Position numbers and translations under genes: made by a program
The notes under the pieces: generated by a model
Databases searched by the model: none
What the model was told of the DNA's origin: nothing
The model's input: the letters and a program-made list of their open reading frames with translations, nothing else
In this document: piece by piece, positions 1 through 13,761 of the stretch
How the letters are laid out: each line of letters starts with the position of its first letter
Numbering within the stretch: the first letter of the stretch is position 1
Assembly: GCA_951406725.2 (NCBI GenBank)
Contig: OX597833.1
Coordinates: 35,030,001-35,094,000, forward strand
From: Octopus vulgaris
Lineage: Eukaryota
Length of the DNA stretch: 64,000 nt
Reading direction: 5' to 3'

Positions 1-49
1 ATATATGTATATGTACAAACAAGTATGTATATATAGATAGATATGAAAG

Positions 50-346
<297 letters not shown>

Positions 347-569
347 TATTACAGCTTAGTTTTTTTTCTTGGGGCTGGCCGAGTTGGAGCAAATATCAGA
401 ATTGAACAGCCGAAATTTGCTATGATGGTTCGGTGTCTGACTGAAGATTGAAGGCTTCGAATGATTTGTCTGTGTTCCGTGTTCGTCCCTTCCTGTGTTT
501 CACGTTCATTATATATAAAAACATTCATTCTTATATATATATATATATATATAATGCTCTCTGTCTCTA

Positions 570-670
<101 letters not shown>

Positions 671-800
671 AATGATAGAATGGAGTCGAACGACGATTTA
701 ACAAAATTCCTTTATTCTCGACATATGTTTCTGACGTGAATTTGCTACCCGGGTATCGGTTAACCGAATTATCCATACTAGGATAATTCATTCAACTACT

Positions 801-892
<92 letters not shown>

Positions 893-1058
893 CATGCATG
901 TATGTATGTATCTATGTATTTGTCTATCTATCTATCTATCTATATATATATTTATATATACATACATACTTACACACACATATATATGTATATATATATA
1001 TATGTATGTATCTGTATATATGTATTTATGTATGTATGTTTGTATGTATATATTTATA

Positions 1059-1103
<45 letters not shown>

Positions 1104-1172
1104 TTTTACTTATTTCAGTCATTTGACTGCGGCCATGGTACTTACCACACGCCCACTGCTATATATACATAT

Positions 1173-1343
1173 AGGTGCAGGAGTGGCTGTGTGGTAAGTA
1201 GCTTGTTTACCAACCAAATTGTTCCGCGTTCAGTCCCACTGTGTTGTAGAAGACACTATAGTAGTAGTGTCTTCTACTAAAGCCTCGGCCAACCGATGTC
1301 CTATGAGTGGATTTTGTAGACGGAAGCTGAAAGAAGCCCCTCT

Positions 1344-1378
<35 letters not shown>

Positions 1379-1618
1379 GCATGTGGGGTGTGTGCGTGTG
1401 GTATGTGTGTGTGTATGTTTGTGTGTCTGATTGTCCCCCACTATCGCTTGACAACCAATGTTGATATATTTACGTATCTCCTTAACTTAGTGGTTCGGCA
1501 TAAGTGATCGATAGAATAAGTACTAGGATTGCAGAGAATAAGTCCTAGGGTCGATTTGTTCGACTAAAGTCAGTGCTCAAGCATGGCCACAGTCAAATGA
1601 ATGAAATAGATAAAAGAA
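1173..1618 (+). mobile_element. tRNA-derived SINE family A (CORE-SINE-like, internal microsatellite)
   Basis: Head GGTGCAGGAGTGGCTGTGTGGTAAG (A box), GTTCAGTCCC (B box), internal (TG)n, tail GCATGGCCACAGTCAAATGA; many copies in the window. Confidence 0.85.
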
Positions 1619-1635
1619 TGAAAAAAAATAAAATG

Positions 1636-1675
<40 letters not shown>

Positions 1676-1739
1676 AACACCTATGTATGTATGTAAGTAT
1701 ATATATTTCTGTATGTTTGTGTATATATACATAAATATA

Positions 1740-1823
<84 letters not shown>

Positions 1824-2104
1824 TGACATACACACACACAAACCACACACTGACAAACACACACATATTTGTATGTATGAATGTTTGTATGTATGTAAGT
1901 GTATATGTGTATATATATATATACACATATATCACGTATATATATGTATACAACTATGTATATATATATATTTGTATATGCATATGCATATATATATATA
2001 CATATACGTTACATGTATATATATATATATGTATATATAAGTATATACGTATATTTATATATAGTTCAAATTTACAGAAAACAAGATGAAGGCTTATAAC
2101 TGGT

Positions 2105-3320
2105 GAACTAATTTTTGGTATTTTCAGAAACAACTTTGGAATTTGTCTCCTACAAATTCTGCCTCGCACGATTAGAGGGAGATAGTAGAAAAGAAAAAGT
2201 TCTCTTTCGTATTTTAAATTTTTGTTCCCATGTACAAAATTTTAAAATTCTGAGCGGCAATTTGGATCAAAGTAAGGAAGCGATCACGTGGAATATATAT
2301 AAACAGGGTATTTGGAGTGAAAAAACTAATTATTTGGGAAAAAGTATAAGAAAGAAGAAAAAAAAAGCAATTGTAATTAATCAGGAAGAAAGAAAAAGCT
2401 AGCATCATTCCTATAAAGAGAATGGGACTTAGAAAACACATAAATCAGCTATTCTTCTGATTACTAATATAACTATTTAGGATAAACTTTAAAATGGAGG
2501 CGCCGGTAATTAATTAGGAACAAATAGGGCTTCATTCTGATAAACAAAACTGGGTAATTTTAGAACAAACTTAAAAAGGGGATAATGGGTGACTTGGGAG
2601 AAACTGAAAGAAAGCGATCATTTGGAAGACAATTAATCGGGTATTTTAAAAAATTCTTTGGTATTTTCAGAAACTTTTAGGGTTTCGTTCGGATAAACAC
2701 AATGGGATAAGACAGACTTAAAAAAAAAAACGGTACTGGGGTGGTTCGGGAAAAAGAATAAAAAGTTTAAAATGTAATAAGGGTAGGCTCGAATTTGCGT
2801 ATTACAAATGGCTGTTTTTGCTTGTCCCAAATTACCCCTTAAAAGTTGAATAAAGAAATTTAATAAGTTTTTTTTTTGTTTTTGCTTTATCGTACGAGAA
2901 TTTGTATCGCGAACACAAAATCGAAAAAAGTATTTTAGAAAACACCAAAAACTAAAAAGTACCCAATTTATGATCACTTTTTTTTAGTTTGTCCCAAATC
3001 ACCCCATTAACCCCTTTTAAGTTTGTTCTAAAACTACCCCATTTTGTTTATCCGAATGATGCCCTATTTTTGTTCGTTCCTTATTAATTATTACCTTCTT
3101 TTCAAAATTTATTCCAAATAATTATTTTGTTCATCTGAATACTCCATTTATGTATCTTCCAAGTGTCAGCTTTTTTAGTTTGTCCTAAATTAACCCTCGA
3201 AATTTGGAAATTTTGAGTGATCTAGGAATAAAAATTTAAATAAAGAAGCATTTTTTTTTTGCTTAATCATACAAGATAGAATTTTTAGAACACAAATTCG
3301 AGAAAATACCAAAAATTGAA
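2105..3320. mobile_element. Foldback-like element: ~1.2-kb imperfect palindrome
   Basis: Nested inverted matches 2110-2126/3302-3317, 2205-2268/3178-3245, 2430-2600/2990-3165 and 2638-2680/2925-2963. Confidence 0.65.
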
Positions 3321-3365
3321 ACAATTAGGACTGGTGAAATAGTGTGCTTCGATCGGAATCCCGCC

Positions 3366-3474
<109 letters not shown>

Positions 3475-3478
3475 AATG

Positions 3479-4624
3479 TCGTGGATCAAAAAGAGGCCGA
3501 GGAAGGGCGAATGGCACCGCGAGTGTCGCGTTGCTCTCAAGCAACTCTGCCGTCCTGGGTCGACCTTAAGTGACTTCAACACAACCAAAGCATTCTATAG
3601 GGGTTTAGTGGAGGGAGGTACGACGACGAGCTCGGGGCGAACCTGGACGTCGACGAGGAGTACCTGACCCGCCTGTTCAGGACGACTTTCGGGCCAGGGC
3701 CCATGGACAACTTCCAGAGATCCCTGGCCTGGCAGTGCTACCGAGAAGCGCTACCCGTTCGGGATAAGCTCTACAGACACGGCTCGAGAAACACGGGGCC
3801 GACCTGCCCGAGATGCGGTCAGAGCGACGAAACCGTTCTGCACGCACTCGTTCAGTGTCCAACAATTTCCGACCTGTGGGCTTATGTCGAACAACTGCTG
3901 TCACGTGTGGGACGAGTCGGTTTATCAGCTGAGTCTATCGTCAATATTGTCACGCCTCCTTCCTTCAAACGGGAAGGAAGAGCTATTTTCATCATCCTTG
4001 TGGCTATGGCGAAAGAATGTATCTGGTGGACGCGTCTGAAAGGATTGGAGACAAACACTTTCCTCTCTGGTCAATCTCTCATCAACTTCTTCAAGTACCA
4101 CTTGAAAAGGAAAGTGAGAGTAGAGAGGCAAGTTTTGTCTAGCGAATGTTTTAAAAAAAGATGGGTGAATGTAGCAAGAATGGCACGTATGAATGACGAA
4201 GCCACCTTGAGCATAGTCCTATGAACCCAGAAATCGAAAACAGAGAGTTGCTTATTTGCAAAAAAAAAAAAAAAAAAAAAAGAAATATAAAATGTGACTT
4301 CATTGACCGAGGTTACCGTGGTCTTTTCCGTAGGCTTTTCTTTCCACGGGTAAACCTCACCTGTCCTCCCCTTTACACTTCATATTGACATTTCTGTGAT
4401 AACGATCCCTATTGATCAATTTTTTTTTTTTTTTTTTTTTTTCCTCTCCCCCTTTTTTTAACCCCCCTTTTTTTTGTCCTCCTTCTCTCCTTTTACGATC
4501 CCTTTTGATCGAAACTCCCCCTTACTTTTTTTTTTTTTTTTTTTTTTTTAAACATTCAAAAGAAAAGCTCTACCTTGTAATTTGTTCTATCTGTGTGCAG
4601 CCCTGTGTGGCTAATAAAGAAACA
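3479..4624 (+). mobile_element. 5'-truncated Tx1/L1-like LINE with 10-bp TSD
   Basis: TATCTTAATG at 3469-3478 and 4625-4634; ORF2 C-terminus, T-rich 3'UTR, AATAAAG at the end. Confidence 0.85.
3703..4224 (+). pseudogene. LINE ORF2 C-terminal region with zf-RVT CCHC zinc finger
   Basis: LAW..REALPVRDKL...CPRCGQSDETVLHALVQCP..LW; upstream frame joins via a frameshift near 3615. Confidence 0.85.
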
Positions 4625-5030
4625 TATCTTAATGCATTTAATACATTTATTTATTCCCACTACACAAGCATATACACAGGCACGTCACACCACATGAAAA
4701 TAAATGTATATGTGGATGGATTTTTTTTTTACTTAGAACGTCGTGCATAATAATTTTCAGTACTCATTCCTACACTGAAAGGCAACATCTCGTCGAGACT
4801 AATTTTGCCTTTCTGTTTTTTTTTTTTTTTCATTATGGGTTTCATAAAATAGAAATTTTTTAAAATTGAAATTTAGGGAAGAAGTCACCAGTTTTAAGGG
4901 TGCTACCATAGACTACAGTGGTATGAAACTCAAACTTGACCATGGCAGGACTTCAAGTCAGAATAACACCCGGAATAAATAACGCATACACACATACATA
5001 TACATATACAAACATTCATCGACAGATACA

Positions 5031-5146
5031 TCTTCTTCTTCTTCTTCTTCTTCTTCTTCTTCTTCTTCTTCTTCTTCTTCTTCTTCTTCTTCTTCTTCTT
5101 CTTCTTCTCCTCCTCCTCCTCCTCCTCCTTTCTTCTTCTTCTTCTT

Positions 5147-5219
<73 letters not shown>
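5031..5219. repeat. Compound microsatellite (CTT)n-(CCT)n-(CTT)n-(ATT)n
   Basis: Direct reading. Confidence 0.95.
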
Positions 5220-5221
5220 GT

Positions 5222-5771
5222 AAGGCGGCGAGTTGGTAGAACCATTAGTACGCCGGACGAAATGCTTAGCGGTATTTCGTCTGTCTTTACGTTCTAAGTT
5301 CAACTTCTGTCGAGGTCAACTTTGCCTTTCATCCTTTCGAAGTCGATAAATTAAGTACCAGTTGCGTACTGGTGTCGATGTAATCGACTGGCTCCCTTCC
5401 CCAAAATTTCGGGTTTTGTGCCTAGAGTAGAAAAGAATCGTTAGCACGCCGGACAAAATTCCACCGAGGTCGACTTCGCTTTTCATCCTCTCGAAATCGA
5501 TAAAATAAGTACCAGTTGAACACTGGGGTCGATGTAATCGACTCATCCTCTTCCCCAAAACTGTACACTTGTGGAAAAATTTGAGCGGTATTTCGCCCGT
5601 CGCTACGTTCTGAGTTCAAATTCCACTTTGCCTTTCATCCTTTCGGGGTCGATAAATTAAATAAGTTGCGTACTGGGGTCGATGTAATTGACTAATCCCC
5701 TCCCACCAAATTTGAGGCCTTGTACCTCCCGTAGAAAGGATTATTATTATTGTCATCATCATCATCATCAC

Positions 5772-5837
<66 letters not shown>

Positions 5838-5851
5838 AATCATCATCATCA

Positions 5852-5910
<59 letters not shown>

Positions 5911-6150
5911 ATTATTAATGTTGCTGTTGTTATTATTAAGGCAGCGAGCTGGCAGAATCATTAGTACGATGGGCAAAATGCTTTGCAGCATTTCGTCCGT
6001 CTTTACGTTCTGAGTTCAAATTCCACCGCGGTCGACTTTGCCTTTCATCCTTTCTTGTTCGATAAAATAAGCCCCAGTCGAGCACTGGGATTGATGTAAT
6101 CGACCTAACCTCTCCTCCAAACTTGCTGGCCTTTTACCAAAGTCTTAAAC
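5222..6150 (+). mobile_element. Head-to-tail cluster of four SINE family B copies (tRNA head + Meta-domain-like core)
   Basis: GGCGGCGAGTTGGTAGAA..GTTCAAATTCC..GCCTTTCATCCTTTCGGGGTCGATAAATTAAGTACCAG repeated at ~5222, 5438, 5582 and 5938; (CAT)n/(ATT)n at 5741-5915. Confidence 0.85.
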
Positions 6151-6159
6151 AATTATTGT

Positions 6160-6550
6160 TGAGTGAGAGAGCAGGGCATGTTATCAAAGTGATACTGAGG
6201 CACAAATATACGGAGCCCAATAAACTTATCATGAGTACCCATCTGATAAGAGTACACCAAGTACATGCATCACAACCATATGTGAGCAAAAGAAAGGAAA
6301 ACAGCTTATGGCCTTGTATGTGAGGCCAAGATAGAATTTTCTTCATCTCGAACAGCCCTACCCGCTCAAAAGGTCCCTGCATAAAGATTGTTTAAGGATG
6401 ATGAGCGAAAGTCTCATGTTTCCAGAGGTAATTTTTAAAACCCCAAAGAATCCCTCTCAGCATATGGCAACGATGCTTCCCAACTATTTCTGCTCGTGAT
6501 CAGAGACGCACTTATCGTTAGCCTCTAAGGGACATGCTCAACTGGTTACA
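6160..6550. repeat. Probable interspersed repeat of unassigned family
   Basis: GC-richer non-coding block between SINE and MITE; resembles a common octopus repeat from recollection only. Confidence 0.35.
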
Positions 6551-6579
6551 ATAAAAAAAACTGTGGCCCATGAAAATAC

Positions 6580-6953
6580 CAGTGATTCTCAACGTGGGGC
6601 ATATGCCCAACGGTAGGGCCTGGCGAAATTGTGGTGGGCTGCGGGATTCAAATTTTTTCTTTTTCAGCAGGACATAGAATTGTGAAGACCCTTTTTTCAC
6701 TGCAAACATACTACACCTATACTCAGCCTAGCCAAACCAATCCCTCCAGCCAAGCATACTATGCGAAGACTGTTTGTTACAGTTCAGCACTATAGTACTA
6801 TTCTAATGCTCTTGGGTGGATATTTTTTAAGGGAAGTTGATAATTATGAAAAATTAAATTTAAAGTTCTTTGTTTTTTCAACCACTGCTGGGGCATACGT
6901 TTTCCTGGAAAGTCATTGTAGGTTCCTGGCGGAAAATAAATGGGGAAACACTG
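6580..6953. mobile_element. hAT-type MITE (degenerate)
   Basis: Termini CAGTGATTCTCAAC ... GGGGAAACACTG; TSD not conserved. Confidence 0.5.
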
Positions 6954-7022
6954 GTTTACACTGAGGTAAAGCATACATGTTAGCATCTCGAATCAGTTAA
7001 GATCAGAAGTCATGAGGGCCAG

Positions 7023-7552
<530 letters not shown>

Positions 7553-7576
7553 ATATATATATATATATATACATAC

Positions 7577-7632
<56 letters not shown>

Positions 7633-7846
7633 GTATGTGTATATATATATATGTATGTATGTATATGTATATATATGTATGTATGTGTATATATATATAT
7701 GTATGTATGTATATGTATATGTGTATGTGTATGTATTTGTATGTGTATGCATGCGCGTATATGTATGTATATGTATACGGGTGTGTGTGTGTATGTGTGT
7801 ATATATGTATGTATGTATGGGTGTATGTATCTATGTATGTATGCGG

Positions 7847-7896
<50 letters not shown>

Positions 7897-8352
7897 ATGT
7901 GTATATATATATATATATATATGTGTATATATATGTATGTATGTATTTGTATGTAGGTGTATATGTATGTGTGTATATATATTTATTGGTGTATACGTAT
8001 AGACTAGTCTTCTAAGATTGTAGACATGAATCTGTAGGTACGCGTTCGTATGTGTATATACGTGTATGTATGTAGATGTATGTATGTATGAATATAACGC
8101 GTGCGTGCGTGTATGTGTATGAGTGTACGAATGAGTGAGTGTGCGTGCTAATGAGTGTGCGTGCGTGAGTGAGTGCTTGTGCTCAAGTAGAAAGATAAAA
8201 GGGACTAGCTGTCGTAGCCAAGATGCTTGTGACCAGCGGTCAAAGATAACAAAAGTAATAAATGAAGATAATAAAATTAAAATTAGGGAATGGGTTTGTA
8301 TTTGTATGTATATGTGTGTATGTGTAGGTATGAATAGGTACACATATGTATG

Positions 8353-8386
<34 letters not shown>

Positions 8387-8579
8387 TGTGTATATGTATA
8401 TATGAGTATATAGGGACTTGTGTGTTGTGTGTGCATGTGTGTATGTGGATTTGTGTGTGTATGTGTGTATGTGTATGTGTGTGTATGTATATATTTTTTT
8501 GTGTGTATGTGTATGTGTGGTCGTGTGTGTGTATATATACATGTGCGTGTGTATATGTATATGCATGTATATGCGTATG

Positions 8580-8611
<32 letters not shown>

Positions 8612-8958
8612 TATATGTAGATATATGTATGTATATGTATGTGTATATATATATATATATATATGGGTGTGTGTGTATGTATGTGTGTATGTATAAGTGT
8701 GTGTGTGTGTGTATATATGTATACATATGTGTATAGGTATAAGTGAGAATTTCCTCATTTACCTAAAACTCTATTCTTCTATATATTTTTTTATTCTCTT
8801 CTTTTATTCTTTTATTTATTCTTCTATCTAATTTACCACTGACTCCTTGACCACTCCCCCAAGTATGATTTTTTTGCGCTATGCCTACCCCCAAAAAGTC
8901 CCCCCCACCCCTTTAAACCTGCCTAAATGTATAAATGCCAATACAATTCTTGTTAACT

Positions 8959-9009
8959 AGCTTCCTGAAGATTTCTCTTGAATGAAACAGTTCTAGTCCT
9001 GTAGAAGCT
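8959..9009 (+). ncRNA. Type I hammerhead ribozyme (monomeric, complete)
   Basis: AGCUUC-CUGAAGA-u-UUC(ucuu)GAA-u-GAAA-CAG(uucuaguc)CUG-UA-GAAGCU: 6-bp stem I, full core, GUA cleavage after 9003. Confidence 0.85.
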
Positions 9010-9020
9010 CCTTCTATATA

Positions 9021-9108
<88 letters not shown>

Positions 9109-9138
9109 GTATGTATAAGCATCCCAAAATTGCTCCCC

Positions 9139-9203
<65 letters not shown>

Positions 9204-9599
9204 TAATCGCATATAGATAACAAAAGAACATTCTCTTCCCCATTTACCTCCAGATATTTTCAACTAACCCACCCATATATGAATAAAAGGCATATATATT
9301 CTGTATATTTTTGATGCTTCTCTGAAGCCCTCGTTATTATTACAATACCTTAACTGATTAAATGATAAAGAACTGCACGAGTTATCTCTACTAAATACCT
9401 AGATTAAGTATTTAAACGTATCAAATGACATTTCATTTCTAGAAATAAATCTTTGAAAAAACTAAGGCCTTCTATCTGCTTGAGATATATGTATGTATCT
9501 TATAATTCATATTTTTAATTCATTAAAAAATTTGACCGGCTACTTACTTAGCAACTTATTTTAACCATCATCTTTTAAATCTTAAGGTCTTGCAGATTT

Positions 9600-10680
9600 T
9601 TATAGTCCCACATATCGTGATCACTTGTAGCGTATGAATTAAGAATTTGTGTTTTCTACTCAAGATCCCCAGTTCAGTCATACTTTGCTCTAGAGGGTTG
9701 GTATGTATCATGTTGTTCCACTAATAATGATAAGTATAAAGCTGAAAGTGTATCTTGGCTGCTGGATTTGCAAACTCATTATCAATGGTCTATAGATGTC
9801 CTCTTTTTCTTGTATAATTCTAATAACATTCGTGTCTTGCGGGAAGGTGATTTCCACAAGAACATATATTTTTCTTGTAGTCCTACGCGACAAGTGTTTT
9901 CATTTTTGTCGTCTTGTTCCAGACTCTTCTGGACACCGCATCATGCTTCATGGGAAAATAATATGTGGAAAACATTCTCTCACAGTTGGCAATAAGGTGG
10001 TTGATGTCTTCAGTCTTCGTCTTGCACAGCTTACGTTTGTTGTCTGTAAACGTTTTCTGCCTTTTATGCTGTAGGTACTTAGTGGGGTGTCTTGTTCTTG
10101 AACTGCATGGATATAGCCTTCGAAGTGGGATGTCATAATCTTGTCGGTACTCCATGCCAAGCTTTTGACTTGATCAGTTTCTATAGTTTGTGTTTTACGT
10201 GCCAAGTACCTATGCACAATCTTCTCAGTGAACTGGTTAATTTTTTTATTCTGTTCTTCTAATAAATAAATTTCACCAATGCCTATTGGGGAGAGATCTC
10301 TATCACTTCTTATTTCCTACTTCCCATCAAGTTCATTACCTATCCTAATTATGTTGTTAATTTCATGGTCACAAACTTGGGTAAGATCAGTTACTGGTTT
10401 CTTTCCTCTGCTGTAGATGTCTCAATGTCACAATACGCGCTTCATATGACATTAGTACAAATTTGAGACCACGGCAACAATCCTTGCGTGAGAAGTATAG
10501 CCCGACTACATCGCCACTGATGTTGAAGTTTTCTGTAACGCTGAGCAGCTTGCAAGTTCGAACATCTATCGCAATGAGTTCTTGTGACCAGTTCAGAAGG
10601 ATAAACGTAGGCGTGAGGACAGGCAATGCGAAGGTGTTGAGGGCAATATACTTTGTGTAAGGTTAAGAGTTTTGATGACC
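9600..10680 (-). mobile_element. Decayed R4/Dong-like (RLE-type) non-LTR retrotransposon fragment
   Basis: Minus frames: TSHFEGYIHAVQEQD..TKYL, (R)KLCKTKTEDINHLIANC (CCHC knuckle), HDAV; frameshifts. Confidence 0.75.
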
Positions 10681-10812
10681 ATAGCATGTATGTATGTATG
10701 TATGTATGTATGTATGTATGTATGTATGTATGTATGTATGTATGTATGTATGTATGTGTGCATGCATGTATGTATGTATTTATGATGTATGTGTGTATGT
10801 ATATATATACAT

Positions 10813-10845
<33 letters not shown>

Positions 10846-10953
10846 AATATATTATGTGTGTTTTTCTCTATAAGAGATCAGTAACTGCGTATCGCTTAAA
10901 GAATATATAGTATTTGCGAGTGGAGAGAGCTTTAGTCACTAGCCTGTGGTTGC

Positions 10954-10998
10954 CTCACACTGAGGACGGGTTACCACCCAGAAACTTAGGTCTGTGAG
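10954..10998 (+). ncRNA. Type I hammerhead ribozyme (palindromic stem III, dimer type)
   Basis: CUCACA-CUGAGGA-c-GGGU(uacc)ACCC-a-GAAA-CUUAGG-UC-UGUGAG; GUC cleavage after 10992. Confidence 0.85.
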
Positions 10999-11161
10999 TA
11001 TCATGTAAGGCTAAAAATGGGAGTGATGACCTCCCTTGCAAATGCTATACGGACACAATCTGTGTGTCGATAGCAGTTGGAAAAGATGTTTTTCTGATGC
11101 TAAAACAAAAGTAACATCGTCCTTTATAGGACTGCCACATTCTGTTGGCATGTAAACTTTA

Positions 11162-11269
<108 letters not shown>

Positions 11270-11344
11270 ACACACGCATACACATACATCGGGAAAAACA
11301 AAATGGTCTGACATGAAATAAAAAGTATATTTATCTATATCAGT

Positions 11345-11537
11345 CATTTTACAGTCATTTGACTGCGGCCATACTGGAGCACCGCATTTATTTGAATAAC
11401 TCGATCCCAAGATTCATTCTTTGTTAGCTTAGTACTTATTCTATCGTTCTTTTTTGCCGAACCGCTAAGTTACGGGGACGTTAACACGCCAACATTGGTT
11501 GTCAAGCGATGGCGGTGGGACATGCACAGACACACAA

Positions 11538-11612
<75 letters not shown>

Positions 11613-11665
11613 GGGCGGGCTTCTTTCAGTTTCCGTCTACCAAATCCATTCACAAGGCTTTGGTC
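11345..11665 (-). mobile_element. SINE family A, 3' two-thirds
   Basis: Reverse complement of family A body with (CA)n insert. Confidence 0.8.
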
Positions 11666-11684
11666 GCTTATATATATATATAGG

Positions 11685-12140
11685 CCTGTTGATCAAAACC
11701 GGTTTCTGCATTATTTGGGGCAGTATATAATGTGTCGATAAACTATGGTTTCTGTTTTTCTATTTGGTGTATAGGTTTAAAAATCTTTCTTACTTTCTAC
11801 TCTTCGAGTAAAGCTGACCATGGATGAAGCAGGGCTGTTCAAGGTGTGGACCGGCAACCAAAAATGCTTGCCCTTGCGATTTGTTGATGGTTTTGGCAAA
11901 CTAAGACTCACTGGAAATTGAAGTCATTTGATTTTGAATTGGGACAATGTCTCCTTAGTCCATGCGATGGAAGCACTTATCATCTAATCGACGCATCCAG
12001 TGCTCGGGTATCTCTTACGACGGTGTGACGGAAGTGTTCGCATATGACCAAGTCTATTGCTCCTCTGTTCGGGTGTCTCCTGAGCTCGCTGCTGATGCTT
12101 TGTAAAGAACTTTCGACTCTGTCGCTCTAATGAAATCCCT
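11685..12140 (-). mobile_element. Internally deleted Helitron relic
   Basis: Minus strand: QQRAQETPEQRSNRL (Helitron N-terminal repeat-like) joined to LQFPVSL/FAKTINKSQGQAFLVAGPHLEQPCFIHGQLY (Pif1 helicase C-terminal motifs). Confidence 0.8.
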
Positions 12141-12156
12141 TACACACACACACACA

Positions 12157-12236
<80 letters not shown>

Positions 12237-12289
12237 GAATTCTAGCTCTCCTCCAAATTCGTGCTAAAATTTGACACCAATATTTTAAA

Positions 12290-13700
12290 ATGCTTTCTTT
12301 ACGTTCTTCGTTCTAATTCCGCCGGCTTTGTTTTTCATTGTTTTGAGGTCGATAAAATAAGTACCAGTTGAGCATTGGGATCGGTGAAACCGACTTGGTT
12401 CCTCCCACGAAATTGATGGCCCTGTGCCAAAATTTGAAATCAGTATTTTAATATACTTTATTTAATAAAACTTTCTTCATGGCTAGTGTTGAACTCATGA
12501 TCATAAGGTTGTGATTTCAATTTCTGGGCCGGATGATACTTTGTGTTCTTGAGCAAAGCGATTTATTTCATGTTTCTCCAGGCCGCTCGGTTGACAAAAA
12601 TGAGTTATCCTGCGACGGACTGGCGTCCCATCCTGGTGTAAAATATACACGGCATGGAAACTGGTCATATAAGACGGCAAGCTGGCAGAAACGTTAGCGC
12701 GCTGGGCGAAATGCTTCACGGTATTTCGTCTGCCGTTACGTTCTGAGTTCAAATTCCGCCGAAGTCGACTTTACTTTTCATCCTTTCGGGATCGATTAAT
12801 TAAGTACCAGCTATGCACTGGAGTCGATATAATCTACTTAATCCGTTTGTCTGTCCTTGTTTGTCCCTGTGGGTAGTAAAGAAATAGGTATTTCTTCTGC
12901 TGTTACGTTCTGAGTTCAAATTCCGCCAAGGTCGTCTTTGCCTTTCATCCTTTCGGGGTCGATAAATTAAGTACCAGTTTCGCACTGGGGTCGATGTAAT
13001 CGACTTAATACCTTTGTCTGTCCTTGTTTGTCCCCTCTATGTTTAGCCCCTTGTGGGCAATAAAGAAATAGGAAACTGGTCATTTGACCCGGGAATCTTT
13101 ATGCTTTTTATCTAGTCTTTACTTTCTGAGTCCAAATGTCACCCAGGTCGAATTTGTGTTGAGCACCGGGGTCGATGTAATTGTCTTAGTTCCTCCCTAC
13201 GAACCTGCTGGACCTGTGCCAAAATTTGAAACCGATATTCAAATATACTTTAAGACAGAATATACTTCAATATGGCAGAATCGTTAGCATCTCGGACAAA
13301 ATGCGTAATGGCATTTCGACAGACTTTCCGTTTTGCCTTCAACTGCCGCCGACTTTGGCTTTCATCATTTTTGAGTCTATAAAATAAATACCAGTTGAAC
13401 ACTGTGGTCGATGTAATCGATTTACCACCTTTTCTCGAAATTAGTGGCTTTTTTTTAATATACTTAAAGTATATTTTAATATAATTTAAGGCAGTAAGCT
13501 GGTAAATACATTAGCACGCCGGGCAAAAATGCTTATTTCGTCCGTCTTCACATTCTGGGTTCAAATTCAGCCAAAGTCAATTTTTCCATTTAAGCTTTCG
13601 GAGCCCATAAAGATAAGTACCAGTTGAACACGGGGGTCGATGTAATCGACTTATCTATTAACCTCGAAATTGCTGGCGTTGTGCCAAATTTCAAAACTAG
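12290..13700 (+). mobile_element. Nested SINE cluster (family B copies plus a degenerate family C copy at ~12478-12668)
   Basis: Repeated family B cores; V-domain-like CTGCGACGGACTGGCGTCCCATCC at 12610; B dimer 12669-13070 with TSD GGAAACTGGTCAT. Confidence 0.8.
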
Positions 13701-13722
13701 TATTTTAATATTCACTTATATG

Positions 13723-13757
<35 letters not shown>

Positions 13758-13761
<4 letters not shown>

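Noticed and set aside
11085-11118. GATGTT..CTGATGC..AAAAC..GTA-ACATC degenerate hammerhead
   Set aside because: A9 and G12 missing; no stem II.
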